Origin: Epiperipatus broadwayi
Lineage: Eukaryota; Animalia; Onychophora
Assembly (NCBI GenBank): GCA_028023455.1
Contig: JAQFVV010000001.1
Span: forward strand, 33,232,001-33,296,000
Direction of reading: 5' to 3'
DNA: 64,000 bases
Below, in pieces: positions 41,510-54,019 of the stretch. Under the pieces are notes generated by a model. That model made no database searches. It was not told the origin of the DNA and saw only the letters and a program-made list of their open reading frames with translations. The translations under genes were made by a program, and so were the position numbers. Position 1 is the first letter of the stretch. Every line of letters begins with the position of its first letter.

Positions 41510-41617
41510 GCATTGTTAGCCGAGAGGTATCGCAGCTGCCATGCAACCAAGTAGTTGTTTGCAGACGATTGTGGGTTTGCGTCCCGGCCGATGCTATGAC
41601 ATATGAAAAAAAAAAAA
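41510..41617 (+). mobile_element. tRNA-derived (Leu/Ser-like, long variable arm) short SINE with A-tail, copy 1
   Basis: A box TAGCCGAGAGG, B-box-like GGTTTGCGTCC, A12 tail; 13-bp TSD aagccaaaagaac at 41490-41502 and 41619-41631. Confidence 0.85.
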
Positions 41618-41744
41618 GAAGCCAAAAGAACCTTTACAATGATTATATTTATATAAAATTTTGATTTAATAAATTTAAAAATTTGATGTAAACTTTACAT
41701 CATTAAACATATTATATTCATTTTGTAATCTATATATATATATT

Positions 41745-42545
41745 ATTATATATAAACTTATAAATAAAATATTAGAAAATACTGTAATTAAAATTTGTTA
41801 AAAAGAACAAAAAATCTAAGCGTTTGCTGCCTGCCTATTGATTAAGTCTTGCTTGTATTTATATATTAACATAGCTTCCTTGATTTTTCTTTTATTATTA
41901 TTTTTTTTAGTTGGCAATTTTTTTACTTTATTATAATTGAAATCAAAATCATATATACATGATTTATTATGGTCATAAAAAACAGAAGCTGATAAATTAT
42001 CATTATCTTTAGAATTTAGTTTGTATTTTGAATTCTTTTTAATAATAATGTGCTCTTTTGTTCTTTTTTCTAATGTGCATCTTGATTCATCTATATATCC
42101 TCTACCACACCTACACATCCATTTTTAAATGGTACAATTTTTACTTGTAAATAAGGTTTTATCTCACCTATATATCCACTCCCAAAATACAAAACAAAAT
42201 TCTAAAGATTATAATTTATCAGCTTCTGTTTTTTATGACCATAATAAATCATATATATATGGTTTTGATTTCAATTATAATGTAAAAATATTGCAAACTG
42301 AAAGGAATAATAATAAAAGAAAAATCAAGGAAGCTATGTTAATATATAAATACAAACAAGACTTAATCAATAGACAGGCAGCAAACACTAAGATCATGGA
42401 ATTATGGGAAAGTTGACCTTTCAAAATATTAGTTGACAAAGACTACAAGGATAGTTGAAAGCGCTCCTAAGTGACGTTTATATTTTTTCTTTTTAACAAA
42501 TTTTAATTACTGTACTTTCTAATATTTATTTATAAGTTTACATAT
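41745..42545. mobile_element. Penelope-like element fragments (GIY-YIG endonuclease) in inverted arrangement
   Basis: ORF 41816-42118 (-) CRCGRGYIDESRCTLEKRTKEH...FDF...KRKIKEAMLI and its + strand mirror 42180-42416. Confidence 0.85.
42429..42470 (+). ncRNA. Degenerate hammerhead ribozyme relic
   Basis: ttag TTGACAA a gacta caagga tagtt GAAA gcgc TC ctaa. The deviations are transitions relative to CTGACGA and tagtC-GAAA. Confidence 0.65.
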
Positions 42546-42779
42546 ATTATTTTGAAGAAATACAGATATTGATATGTAGTATTAATATTTATTTATTTAT
42601 TATTATTATTATGATGATGATGATGATGATGAATTAATTAATTTTGATAAACATATAATATCCTTGTGATAAAAAATCATGCATGGAGCTTAGCAAAAGT
42701 ACATGTGCAAATAAAATAAATAAAAAAAAACAATATATAATTAAAATAATTAAATAGAAATAAAAAGTTTTTCATTATC

Positions 42780-43200
42780 ATCAATTATAATCCAGTCCAT
42801 TTCTCAAAGTTTTTCTTGATAGGTCATTAACATTAAATCCAATGTTCCTTATAAAAATATTGTGAAATCTTGGACCAAGATAACGTTTCTCATATCTACA
42901 ATGAGCTTTAAAGTATGCTGGTTCAAATAATAAATCAAAATCACTTGATCAAGTCATCATTATTGATGAAGAATTATTTTTATTCATTTCTTTGTATTTA
43001 ATATAACACAAAATATTCACTAAAAATAATTGATTAATAGTTAAAACTACAGCACACTTATATAATTCAGGTCTTGGCAAATCCAAAGGTTTAAACAAAA
43101 TAATTCTTAACATAAAATTTTGTAGTGTTTGCAAAGACTTCAAAAAATTATTATTATTATTGTGATAAATGTGTTTAATGGAAAGCTCTTGAATGTAATT
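42780..43200 (-). mobile_element. CR1/L2/Jockey-group LINE 3' fragment
   Basis: LQTLQNFMLRIILFKP...LY...LTINQL and YLGPRFHN match post-RT segments of these LINEs. Confidence 0.5.
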
Positions 43201-45275
43201 TAATGTTATTATGAAACATGTTAATTTTAATCAACTATCACTCCTTTCAAAAATATAGACCATTTTAAAATGGTGGGTTTACATCATTTAGTTTTTAATT
43301 TCCATTTAATATGTATATGCATGCATATAAACAGTAGACATCAAACTGTACTGCTAACAGATTGCATTGACTGGCTTCTGATAGAAAATTTTAGCCTTAT
43401 ATAAAGTGTGAAGAGTTTTTTTACTTCTTCCTAATGTTAAGTATAAATTGTCAAGTGATACTTCATTTTTTTATATCCTACTCTTTAGCTAGAAGTTCAT
43501 ATATGTTTGCAATAAACTTTCAATTGAGATCAAGAAACTATAATTGCTAATCAAATATTATTTGAAATTTGAATCTTAGATTGAATGGCAAACTGTAAAT
43601 CACCAGTAGTTTCTGGATAAGGTTCAAAACCATTTTTTATCTGTAGATTAATTTCACTGAAACCAATCTATTTGCATTGTCAGCAGGTTTCAGATAATTA
43701 CTTCTATTTCCACAGAGTTGTTTTTAGAATGAGGATAGTTACTGTAGTTTAAATGTGATTTTTTTTTTTTTAATATTTTGATCTGGAAAATACATTTTTC
43801 AAGACAACTCTGCTTTGAAAAGGGTAAGGCTGTTTATATATAATTTTTAATTCTCAGCATATTCTATACCCCCTTTCCCCCAATAGTATCACTAAATTAT
43901 CCTTTTATTGGCTAGTATATGAATTTATTACTAGTTTTGAATTTAAATCTTCATAAACCTTTACGCACATAAATTTTGTGATTTTCATTTTTTTTTTTGA
44001 AGATATAAAATATTTTCATTTTTGTTGCAAAACAAACTGCGAATTTCATTTTTTTATGTTCACTAATCACTGTCTTCATTCTTTCAGATATAATTGTGCA
44101 GGACATTATCATCTTTGCTGCTTTCTGCATTAATATAAATACTACTCCTAAGTGGCCATTGTTGGAATCTAGCAAAGCTGTCTGATCATTGGGATCAGTT
44201 ATTTCAAAGTTTTTATGTAAAATCAGTTTTTTTTTTTTTAAAAAAAAAAATCACAATTAGATCCTAAATTATTGTCACTGAGCTTTATCAATAAGAAATT
44301 GTTTTAAATTCTGACAAAAGCAAATTCAGAATAAGAAAATACTATAACTGAACCATATTATTGCTGAAATTTTATTTTTGCCTGTTTTTCATTTTTAATA
44401 GAATTTAATGCACCAAGTTTCATTTTAGAGCTATGTCATAAACATTATAAAGTTTTTCTCCAGTACTATGATATTAAATCTTATAGTTTTAATATTCACA
44501 TCCATTTTTTTCTGTAATTATTTGTGATATTTTTTGCATCCTCTGCACCATTAGGCTTTTTATTATGAAAGAGTATATAAAAGTTTGAATTGCTGATTAG
44601 AATGTATTTTCAACATACACTTGATTAGCATAAGTTTTAAAGTGCTTCTACCAGTTCAGTCTTTGTCTACAGTAATATTTTCATAAAGCATTTGGCAATC
44701 AAGTTCCATGAGATGAGGATTTAGGAATGCTGGGTAATTTTTATTTCATTGTAAATTTTTTTTTAAGGGGATTACATTATCTTCTAAATAATTTAAGAGT
44801 AAATAACAGTTAAGATTACATTTGAGAGTTGAATGCAATTAATGTCATACATATTTGATATATTTACTGATCAAATAAAGTATCGTATTATACTGTATAC
44901 ATATCTATTATATATGTATGTGTTTTAAGGAACTTATTAAATTTATGTCAGTTGTTCTCTAATCCAAATGTATGATTGCAATAAGTAAATTCTGGATAAA
45001 TATTTTTTATCTCATCAAAACTGATTTATAGTTAATTAACTAATTACAGTAGTCTCTCCAGTATCAGACTGCCAACTCAACTTATATCATTAAGTGGATT
45101 TTACAATTCTTTTCACTTTTCAATGTTATAATGGCAAACAAGACAATTTCTATGGCTATATATTAATTGAATAATAAAAAATAATGTTACAATGGCAGAA
45201 TAAATAAATTTCTTATTTTTAATACATATATAATACAAATTGTTAATTAAAAACTATTGTAATATGAAAAAGATA

Positions 45276-46542
45276 CACATGGGTCTCGTTTTACGCGGAT
45301 TTATTTAACGCGATTTTGAAGTTACGCGATTCATGTTTCTTAATATTTTTATATGCGGTTTTCTTTCATGCGTTAACACTGTATTAGATCGGAAGTCGAA
45401 CTCCAATAATGTGCTATTACTTTAAATAATAAATTTTGCGCAGTTACATCATATTTAAAGTAATAGCACATTATTGGAATTCGACTTTCATCTTAATAAT
45501 TTCAATATTTTCAGTGCTTTATAATAGTAAGATTTTATGCAATAATGAAATTAAAATCATGATTTTTACATTTTATGTACACACATTATATTTTACAAGA
45601 TTATAATGTAAATTTGTTCAAACATTGTGCGTGTTAATTTTGCATTTTAAATCACATTCTGTTTTTGCTTTTTAAAAAAGAACGTTATCAATTATTAATC
45701 ATTTAGTGTCCGCAAGTTTATTTTTAAAAGTTGAATAATAGCTGTGGGCACAATTAAATTTGACAATGTGATGTGAAACGAAATTTGATTTTTAAACAGA
45801 ATTGAAAATTAAAAAATTAAAGACAAAAATAAGAATTTAATTTTTAGTTATTAGTTTTAATTAAATTTTTCCCAGCAGTGTAGAAAAAGATAATGAAACA
45901 GATGTGGAACCTGTTACTTTCACTGCAAAATGATTCGAGAAGGTCTTCAACTTTTTAATCAGTCGGCAAATTGTTTTCTTATTAATGACACTAATCACGT
46001 GCTCTTAAATTCCAACGAGAGCTAAATGGTGGTATGTCTGGATATCGCGAGCTTCATAAACAATTAATAAAATCGTCTCAAAGATAAATTACTAATTGCG
46101 TTGTCACCAGAAAACCATTAACACAACATGAGAGTGAAATTGGCGCTAGTTGTATTTCCTTGTGTGAAGAATCTGATTTTTTACTAGTTTGCAAACGAAT
46201 CTGTTTATCGGCAAATAGCGATAATAATTAAAATGTGTATAAAAAATTACTTGTAGTAAATTATGCATAAAAATATATTGTTTGAATAAATAGTTAAAAA
46301 AAGTTTGTCTTGTATCAATTTTTTTCAAATTTGAAATTTTTTATTAGTCATATTTTATTTCCTTATTTTTTTTTTGCGCAAATTTTAAAGTAATTTTACA
46401 TTGGTGCTTTGCTTTTATGCGATTTTTGAAAAATCACAGTCCATATCCCCCCCTTTTCAAGGTAAGTTATGTCTATTTTTGTGCGATTTCTTTTGCGCGT
46501 GTTTTCTGAGGAACCTATCTCGCGTAAAACGAGATCCAGATG
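45276..46542 (+). mobile_element. Tigger/pogo-derived non-autonomous element, copy 1
   Basis: TA TSD; TIR CAC(A/C)TGGGTCTCGTTTTACGCG; internal Tigger C-terminus IREGLQL...LKFQREL...YREL..QL. Confidence 0.9.
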
Positions 46543-46580
46543 TATAATGGTAATTAATTATTATATACAATCTTTCAATT

Positions 46581-46617
46581 GTAGAAGTACTTTCGGTTAA
46601 TTCAACCTCCTCACCTA
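46581..46617 (-). ncRNA. Hammerhead ribozyme relic (single core change, C3G)
   Basis: tag GTGAGGA ggtt gaatt aacc GAAA gtac TT ctac; perfect 4-bp stem II, palindromic AGTACT stem III. Confidence 0.7.
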
Positions 46618-49283
46618 TCATTAAATTTAAAAAACATAACGGAAGCAAATGTCATCAACTCAAAACTCATGAATCCCGCTTCTCTTTAATTATATTCATT
46701 TTATTTCTATTTACTAAAATTGCCTTCTTAATTTTTCTTTTATTATGGTTTCTCTCTGTGTGAAGAATCTTAACACTTTCAAGATCAAACTTGCTTACAA
46801 ATGAAACAAGGCAACAAATTTCTCTCTTAATACTTTAACATTAAATCATTATTATTTTTATTTAATCTTTTTTCAATACTGCATCTCGATTCATCTATAT
46901 ATGATAACATATATCCGCAAAAATTTGATACACAGCATTATTTTTTTACTTTTTTGCTTGATAGGTATGACATTTAGAATTATTCACTAATTTATTAATA
47001 TTATTTGTAACAAAAAATGAAACATTAACCACATCCTTATATATATCGTTAAAAAATTTCACTTGAGCATTTGAAATATATGGAATAGATATTCATTTTT
47101 TTGTTATCAATCTTCAACTCCTTTAAATCATTATCACTCTCTTTAAATTGACATGAAGTATTGCTAATTTGTTCAATCTTATAACCAATTTCAAGCAATT
47201 TCTTGGCAAATATCTCAATATTTTTTAATTTATCACACTGGTAACAACATAATTTTTTATTATGAAACAAAAAAGATCTAAAACTTGCCATCTTATGTAT
47301 AACTGGTACTTTTGATTTACAATTTATATATCCTCTTTTTTTTGGCAATGGCTTGATTATTAATTGTTATAAATAAGTCCAAATGCTTAATACTTTTGTC
47401 CTGTTCCTTTTCAGTAGTTCATTTCAAGCCATTCAAATGATTTACCTGCTCTACAAGCATATTTATAGTATATGTCTTTCCACAAACAAAAACATCAACC
47501 ACATACCTTTTGTAAATATTTAATATCTACCTAAAAGTACACTTCTAAAATACTACTCATATGTAGACAAAATTTGAAACTTGTGCAATAGCAGGCATAC
47601 CCACATGCCAACCTTTAGACATTTTATAATATCCACCTTCAAAAGAAGCAACAATGTTTTCAATATTTTTTAAAGAATCAAACCCTTTTGCTTTTTAATG
47701 CATGTTCAATATTTCTGTTACATCTAATGAAGCAATATTATCATACAATCATTATATTTTTAATTCTATCTACAAAATCCAAAGATGAAGCAATATTATT
47801 TTTCCCAAATCGTAAAAACTTTTGTAACAGCTTACTATTATATTTAGAAGTTTGATATATAAATGAATCACCAAAATCAATCATAATTCATGTTTTTGTA
47901 AATATAAAATTACATAAAAATAATTGTCGCGAATTATGATTGATTTTGATGGATCATTTATATATCAAACTTAAATATATTAATAAGCTGTTACAAGAGT
48001 TTTTAGGATTTGTGGAAAATATTGCTTTATCATTTGATTTTGTAGAGAGAATTAAAAATATAGTGATTGTTGAGGGTGATGTCATTACTTCATTAGATGT
48101 GACAGAAATGTGTGGTTCTAGTGATAAGGGTGGATTCCATAAAAATAATTGAACATGCATTAAAAAGTAAAGATGTTGGTAAATATGTTATAAAATTTAT
48201 TATTGATTCTTTTTAAAGTGTCTATTATAAAATGTCTAAACATTGACTATGGGTTTTCCTGTTGTTGTACAAGTTTGCAATTTTATTTTGTCTACATATG
48301 AGAGTATTATTTTAGATATGTGTACTTTTAAAGATATTAAAATTTACAAAAAGTTTGTACATGAATGATGTTTTTAATTGCAGAAATATCAATACTATAA
48401 ATTTGCTTGTAGGGGAGTAAAATAATTTGTATAGTTGGAAACGAACTATTGAAAAGGAACAGGACAAAGTATTAAGTATTTGGATTTAATTATTACAAGA
48501 GATAATATTATGTTAAGTTATAAATTCATAATCAAACCACCACAAAAAAGAGGATATATAAATTGTAAATCCAAAAATACCAATTTTGCCTAAGATGGCA
48601 TGTTTTAGATCTTTTTCATTTCATAATGAAAAATTATGTCATTACCAGTGTGATAAATTAAAAAAATATTGAGATATTTGCCAAGGAATTGCTTGTTTAG
48701 TTATAAGATTGAATAGATTTAATATTATTTTATATCAATTTAATAATGTTTAAAGGAGTTGATGATTGATAATAAAAAATGGATATCTATTGCATATATT
48801 TCAAATGCTCAAGTGAGATTTTTAAAATATATATATAAGGATGTATTTAATGTTTTACTTTGTGTTACAAATAATGTTAATAAGTTAATGAATAATTGTA
48901 AAACTGTCATACCTGTCAAGCAAAAAAATAATGTTATGTATCAAATTTTTTGTGAATGTATGTTATCATATATAGATGAATGGAGGTGCAATATTGGAAA
49001 AAGATTAAAGAAGCATGAATTGTTATACAAGTGTGTGAAAACTAAAAATAATAATGATTTAATGACTGCTTCAGTTTTGTTGGATCAGGACAGGGCATGT
49101 AAATATAACTTTAAGTTTGATCTTGAAAGTGTTAAGATTCTTCGTGAAGAGGGAAACTATACATAAATTAAGGAGACAATTTTAATAAATAGAACTAAAA
49201 TGAATATAATTGATAGATAAACTGCTAATGTTAAAATTCTGGATATATAGGATTTGAGTTGATGATGTTTTTTGAATTTAATG

Positions 49284-49309
49284 GCAGTTGAGAAGGAAAG
49301 TACTTCTGC
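49284..49309 (+). ncRNA. Hammerhead relic with stem II deleted
   Basis: gcag TTGAGAA g GAAA gtac TT ctgc; mirror of 46581-46617. Confidence 0.55.
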
Positions 49310-50376
49310 AGATTGAGAGACTGTATGTAATAGTTAATTACTGTTATATTTATTGTTATATATATATATATTATAGTGACTGATGAATAAAAATTTAAAA
49401 ATGAAGTATATAATTTAATGCTTTCTCTTGTATTTGGCTAAAATGCAGTCAAACTAAGAATTTTTTTAGATTTTTAAAGGAAAAAACAAACATTTAAAAA
49501 AAAATCTTATTGAATTCTAATTTACTCTGAAAAATAACATTTATTTTTTTCTGGAATTAACCCATATAAAAACATCTAAAAATTATTAGTTTAATTAGCA
49601 ACTAAATAAAAATAATATTAACTATTTGAATTACATTAAAATCTAATAGTTAGTCCAGTTAATAATGATTCTCTATGTGATTTAATGCAGAAGTAGAGTG
49701 CCAAACTCTGGAATGTAGTCCTCTAATTGATTCTATTTCTGACACCATTGGTGTTTGAACTTAAGAAATGCCAACCAATAACTCCATTCAGTTAGTTATT
49801 TTTAATTAGTTACTGCATAAACAATTTAATTATGCAGTATTTAAAAACATATATATTTATTTATTGAATGACTGAAAGTGTGACCCATTAAATTATTTAT
49901 CTTTTTTTTTTTTTTGTTCTTTAATCTTAAGCATTAGATAGATGTAAATGCCAGTTAGATAACATAAATATTATTCAGTATGTAATAATTTTATAAGATT
50001 TGGAAAAAACTTGATTCTATACATAGATAACAGATTGATGGTCATAAAGTAAAGACATCCTGTATAATTCTTGGCCTAATTAAATGTTGGGAGTAGTACA
50101 TATTACTGAAAAACAAACAAAAATATGTAATGTAAAAAATAGATTGTTATAATGAATCACCATTGAGTGAGTAGGCAAACATTATTTAAAAGTAGTTGCT
50201 TATAGAAATAATTACAATAATGTAAAAAAAAATAATAAATTTTTTTAAGCAAAATAAGTTTTTATAAGTAATTATTGTTCAAAAAAAAATAATACCTTTT
50301 TTTTTTACCATTTTTGAATTAAATATTCTAGTTACATGTCAGGTTTTAATGAAACAATATGTACATTTATCTAGAG

Positions 50377-50739
50377 CAGGGGTTCCCAACCCTATGCCCA
50401 TGGGCAACATGGTGCCCGCAGACCATTTTACGTGTGCCCGCCCTATCCGAACATGATAAAAAATTATCTGATACAAATAAAATTAATTTTTAAAATTTCT
50501 TATAAATTATTATATTATATTGTAATCAAATTGTAGGGCATATTATACTTTTACAGCATAAAAATATAAACGTTAATTATATGTTAAAATTTTATTTTTG
50601 AAATAAATATTTTTTTGTACATTATGTGTATTATTAACAATATCCAACTATAAATTTACATTGAAAAAATAAATGGTGCCCGCCACCTGGCCAGTATTAT
50701 AAAATGTGCTCTTAAGTGCAGAAAGGTTGGGGACCCCTG
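50377..50739. mobile_element. hAT (Charlie-like) MITE family A, copy 2
   Basis: TIR CAGGGGTTCCCAACC / GGTTGGGGACCCCTG; perfect 8-bp TSD ATCTAGAG. Confidence 0.95.
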
Positions 50740-51821
50740 ATCTAGAGTTTTGTAATGTGTGTTTATAGAAGTATTGTTATAGTTTAAAATTACACAGTTG
50801 TAATTTGATTTTATTTGAATACTGATATGTGATATTTTTCATAAAATAATTATAGTAGACTAGCAACAGTGCTCAATTATAAATTGCTTATGAGTTTTGG
50901 TATTAAATGTTTTCAATATGAGAATTTCAATCAAACTAAGCTTATCATAATTTTCTTCAGAATTAAAAATATTATTTTATCATGAATGTATTATTTTAAT
51001 TAGTTTATAGTAAGTTTATTTCACAAAATAAATATGAAATGGCAGTTGTTATCAGTACGAAAAAAGATTTGCAAAATTATATAAAATGTACTTTTGAAGA
51101 TAAAGTTTATTTACACTCTAAGAAAATACAGAAGGTTAGTCCATATTCTAGGTCTAATTGGTCTAATCACATATGACAGGTCAGAAATTACAAACAATAA
51201 AATGTATATGATGGAATTCCATTGCTATGGATATTGTACTTTAAATAATTTAACTAAAGTATCATTTTAAAACTAGTCCAATATTTTTTTTAATAATAAT
51301 AGAAAAAAGGTAAAGAAGGCATTGTGCATAGTGAATCATTTAGAAATAAAAAAATAAAAAACAAACAAACAAAGCTTCTTTTGCTTGCAGTTTTTTTCTT
51401 AAAAAGCTTGCAAATTGTTTGTTTACAATTTAAGTCAAAATATTATTTAAAAAAAAATTAAATAAATGTGATAAATTAAAAGATAATTGACAAAACCTCA
51501 GTAAAATTGGTAAATTTAGAAAAAAAAAAGATGGTAGAAAAATTTTAACTGTTATCCTTTTAAGGAAACAACTACTGTTATATATAAAGCTTCTACAATA
51601 ATAGCTGATTAATATTATACATAAATGAATGATTTTTTTTAAGTTTAAAAATATGCCTACTCATTAGTGGAACTTAATTGGACTTTAGGTTAGAAGTTTA
51701 CTTATTTGTTGCTATGAAAGTGTATTGTCACTGCCATTTAGTTCCAGTCATTTGTGTAGTTTCAGAAAATTGTGTGTAATAGTGAACTCTATAATGTATA
51801 TTTTAAGCATTTATATATATA

Positions 51822-52771
51822 CACCTTGGTCTCGTTTTACGCGATAGATAGGTTCCTCAGAAAACACGCGCAAACGAAATCGTGCAAAAGTAGACGTAAC
51901 TTACCTTGAAAAAGGGGGGATATGGACTGAGATTTTTCAAAACTCGCGGAAAAGCATAGCACCAACGTAAAATTACTTTAAAATTCGTGCAAAAATAAAA
52001 AAAGGAAATAAAATATGACTAATAAAAAATTTCAAATTTGAAAAAAATTGATACAAGACAAACTTTTTTTAACTATAATATTTAATTTTATTCAAAACAA
52101 TATATTTTTATGCATAATTTACAGTAATTTACATTTTTTAATACACGTTTTAATTATTATCGCGATTTGCCGATAAACAGTTAGTTTGCAAACTCGTAAA
52201 AAAATCAGATTCTTCACATGAGAAAGTACAACTAGCGCCAACTTCATTCTCATGTTGTTAATGGTTTTCTGGTGACAAGGTAATTAGTATTTAATCTAAC
52301 AACTAAAAATTAAATTCTTATTTTGTCTTTAATTTTTTAATTTTCAATTTTAATTGTGCTCACTGCTATTACTGATTAAAAATAAACTTGCGGACACTAA
52401 ATGATTAATAATTGATTACGTTCTTTTTTAAAAAGTAAAAACAGAATGTGATTTAAAATGCAAAATTAACACGCACAATGTTTGAACAAATTTACATTAT
52501 AATCTTGTAAAATTTAATGTGTGTATACATAAAATGTGGAAATCATGATTTTAATTTCATTATTGCATAAAATCTTACTATTATAAAGCACTGAAAATAT
52601 TGAAATTACTAAGATGAAAGTCGAATTCCAATAATGTGCTATTACTTTCAATATACTCAACTTATTATTTAAAGTAATAACGCCTTATCGGAGTTTGACT
52701 TCCGGTGAAACATGGAATCGCGTAACTTCAAAATCGTGTTAAATAAGTCCGCGTAAAAAGAGACCCAGGTG
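51822..52771 (-). mobile_element. Tigger-derived non-autonomous element, copy 2 (internally deleted)
   Basis: TA TSD, same TIRs, inverted relative to copy 1. Confidence 0.9.
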
Positions 52772-52979
52772 TACACAGTACTTAACATTTTAAACATGAA
52801 TATACAGACCTGTGATACATTTTAAGTTAAAAATTGTATGTATTAAAATATTAATAAAAATCATAATGCTTTATTAAAAAGTTAGTAAAATGATAAATTA
52901 AGAGAGGAATATATATACAGATGACACAAATTTTTCAAAAAATTTTACTATCTTTATTTTTTTTTAAGAGTGAAAAGTG

Positions 52980-53400
52980 ATGATGGTGATGGAATGTTTT
53001 TAGTGCAGACATAACTTTCAAACTTGCTTGCTTGTATGGTTAGCAGCATTAAGTTTTTTTGTGAAATTTATGCAATGATAGTGATAGCATTTGCACTTTG
53101 TATTAGAGAATTTAAATTTTGCTTAAAATGGTCTCAAAATTCCCAGTTAATAATGATAGCAATTCTTCAAACCTAAAGAACAGTGAAAATGCCTCGTTTT
53201 TAAATTTATACTGATTTTTGATATACAAAATAGTCTTTTATTAGCAGTAAATTATTTGATGTCATTCTTCAGTGATCTTTTGCAATATGTCACTAGCATG
53301 GGAACTTTTCTTTTTGTTCATGACATCGATTCACAAATTGAATCTTTTTAATTTTTATTAAATATTTATCATATACTACAGATATAATTTAAACTATTCA
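52980..53400 (-). mobile_element. PIF/Harbinger transposase N-terminal remnant
   Basis: EAFSLFFRF...NFETILSKI...NTKC.NAIT resembles the Harbinger F..YFRM...F..LL..I....T..R.AI segment. Confidence 0.4.
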
Positions 53401-54019
53401 GAAAGTTTTGTAAACCCGTCTTTAACTTCATTTGCTTTTTTATTTTTTGGTAATTGATAATTCATTATTATTAAATGTACAGCCAGCTTTAGCATATTTG
53501 TGTTTCAAAACCAAGTCATTTATTTTCATTATAAAATATCAAATGAAAAACTTTGACTTTTTAAATCTTGGTAGACTTGCTATTATTATTGACTCCATGT
53601 TTTGAGCCCATGTTCAATGAAATTTTATTTTTCATAATCATAACTCAGTACATCTTATGAAGGCAAAAACTGGTGCTGCAATTTTTGCAAAAATGCAACT
53701 GAATGTATAGAAAAAGAAAGTGATTGGTGATACGCAGTTAAATAATAAACGTGTGAAAATAATGAATTTTTAATTTTATTTAATATTTTTTGAGATTGTA
53801 GTCTGCTTGTCATAATATAATTTTATAGTTTGATGTGATTTAAAAAATAATTTTCAAAAGTCGTTTAATTATGACATTGTTTGTAATTATATTCTGTTGA
53901 TAATTGCATTGCCTTTAGTGACATCTTTTGAATTTTGGGATAAAATATATTTTTATTTTTTATATAAAATCATACAGAATTTGAAAATTATTTGATATAA
54001 AATGGTTTTTAAAATTTAT

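Larger units (their letters stand above)
46550..49341. mobile_element. Head-to-head Penelope-like elements forming a palindrome of about 2.8 kb (RT C-terminal part + GIY-YIG + 3' pLTR in each arm)
   Basis: 46550-47889 mirrors 47931-49341. RT ITSLDVTEM; GIY-YIG NVMYQIFCEC...YIDE.R...KRLKKH; hammerhead relics at both outer ends. Confidence 0.88.

Noticed and set aside
43300-45200. Coding-like decayed sequence on the minus strand
   Set aside because: Probably a TE remnant, but no motif could be assigned with confidence.
49380-49415. CTGATGA just beyond the Penelope right arm
   Set aside because: Stem II does not pair, GAAG replaces GAAA, and there is no stem I. At most an unrecognisable second relic.
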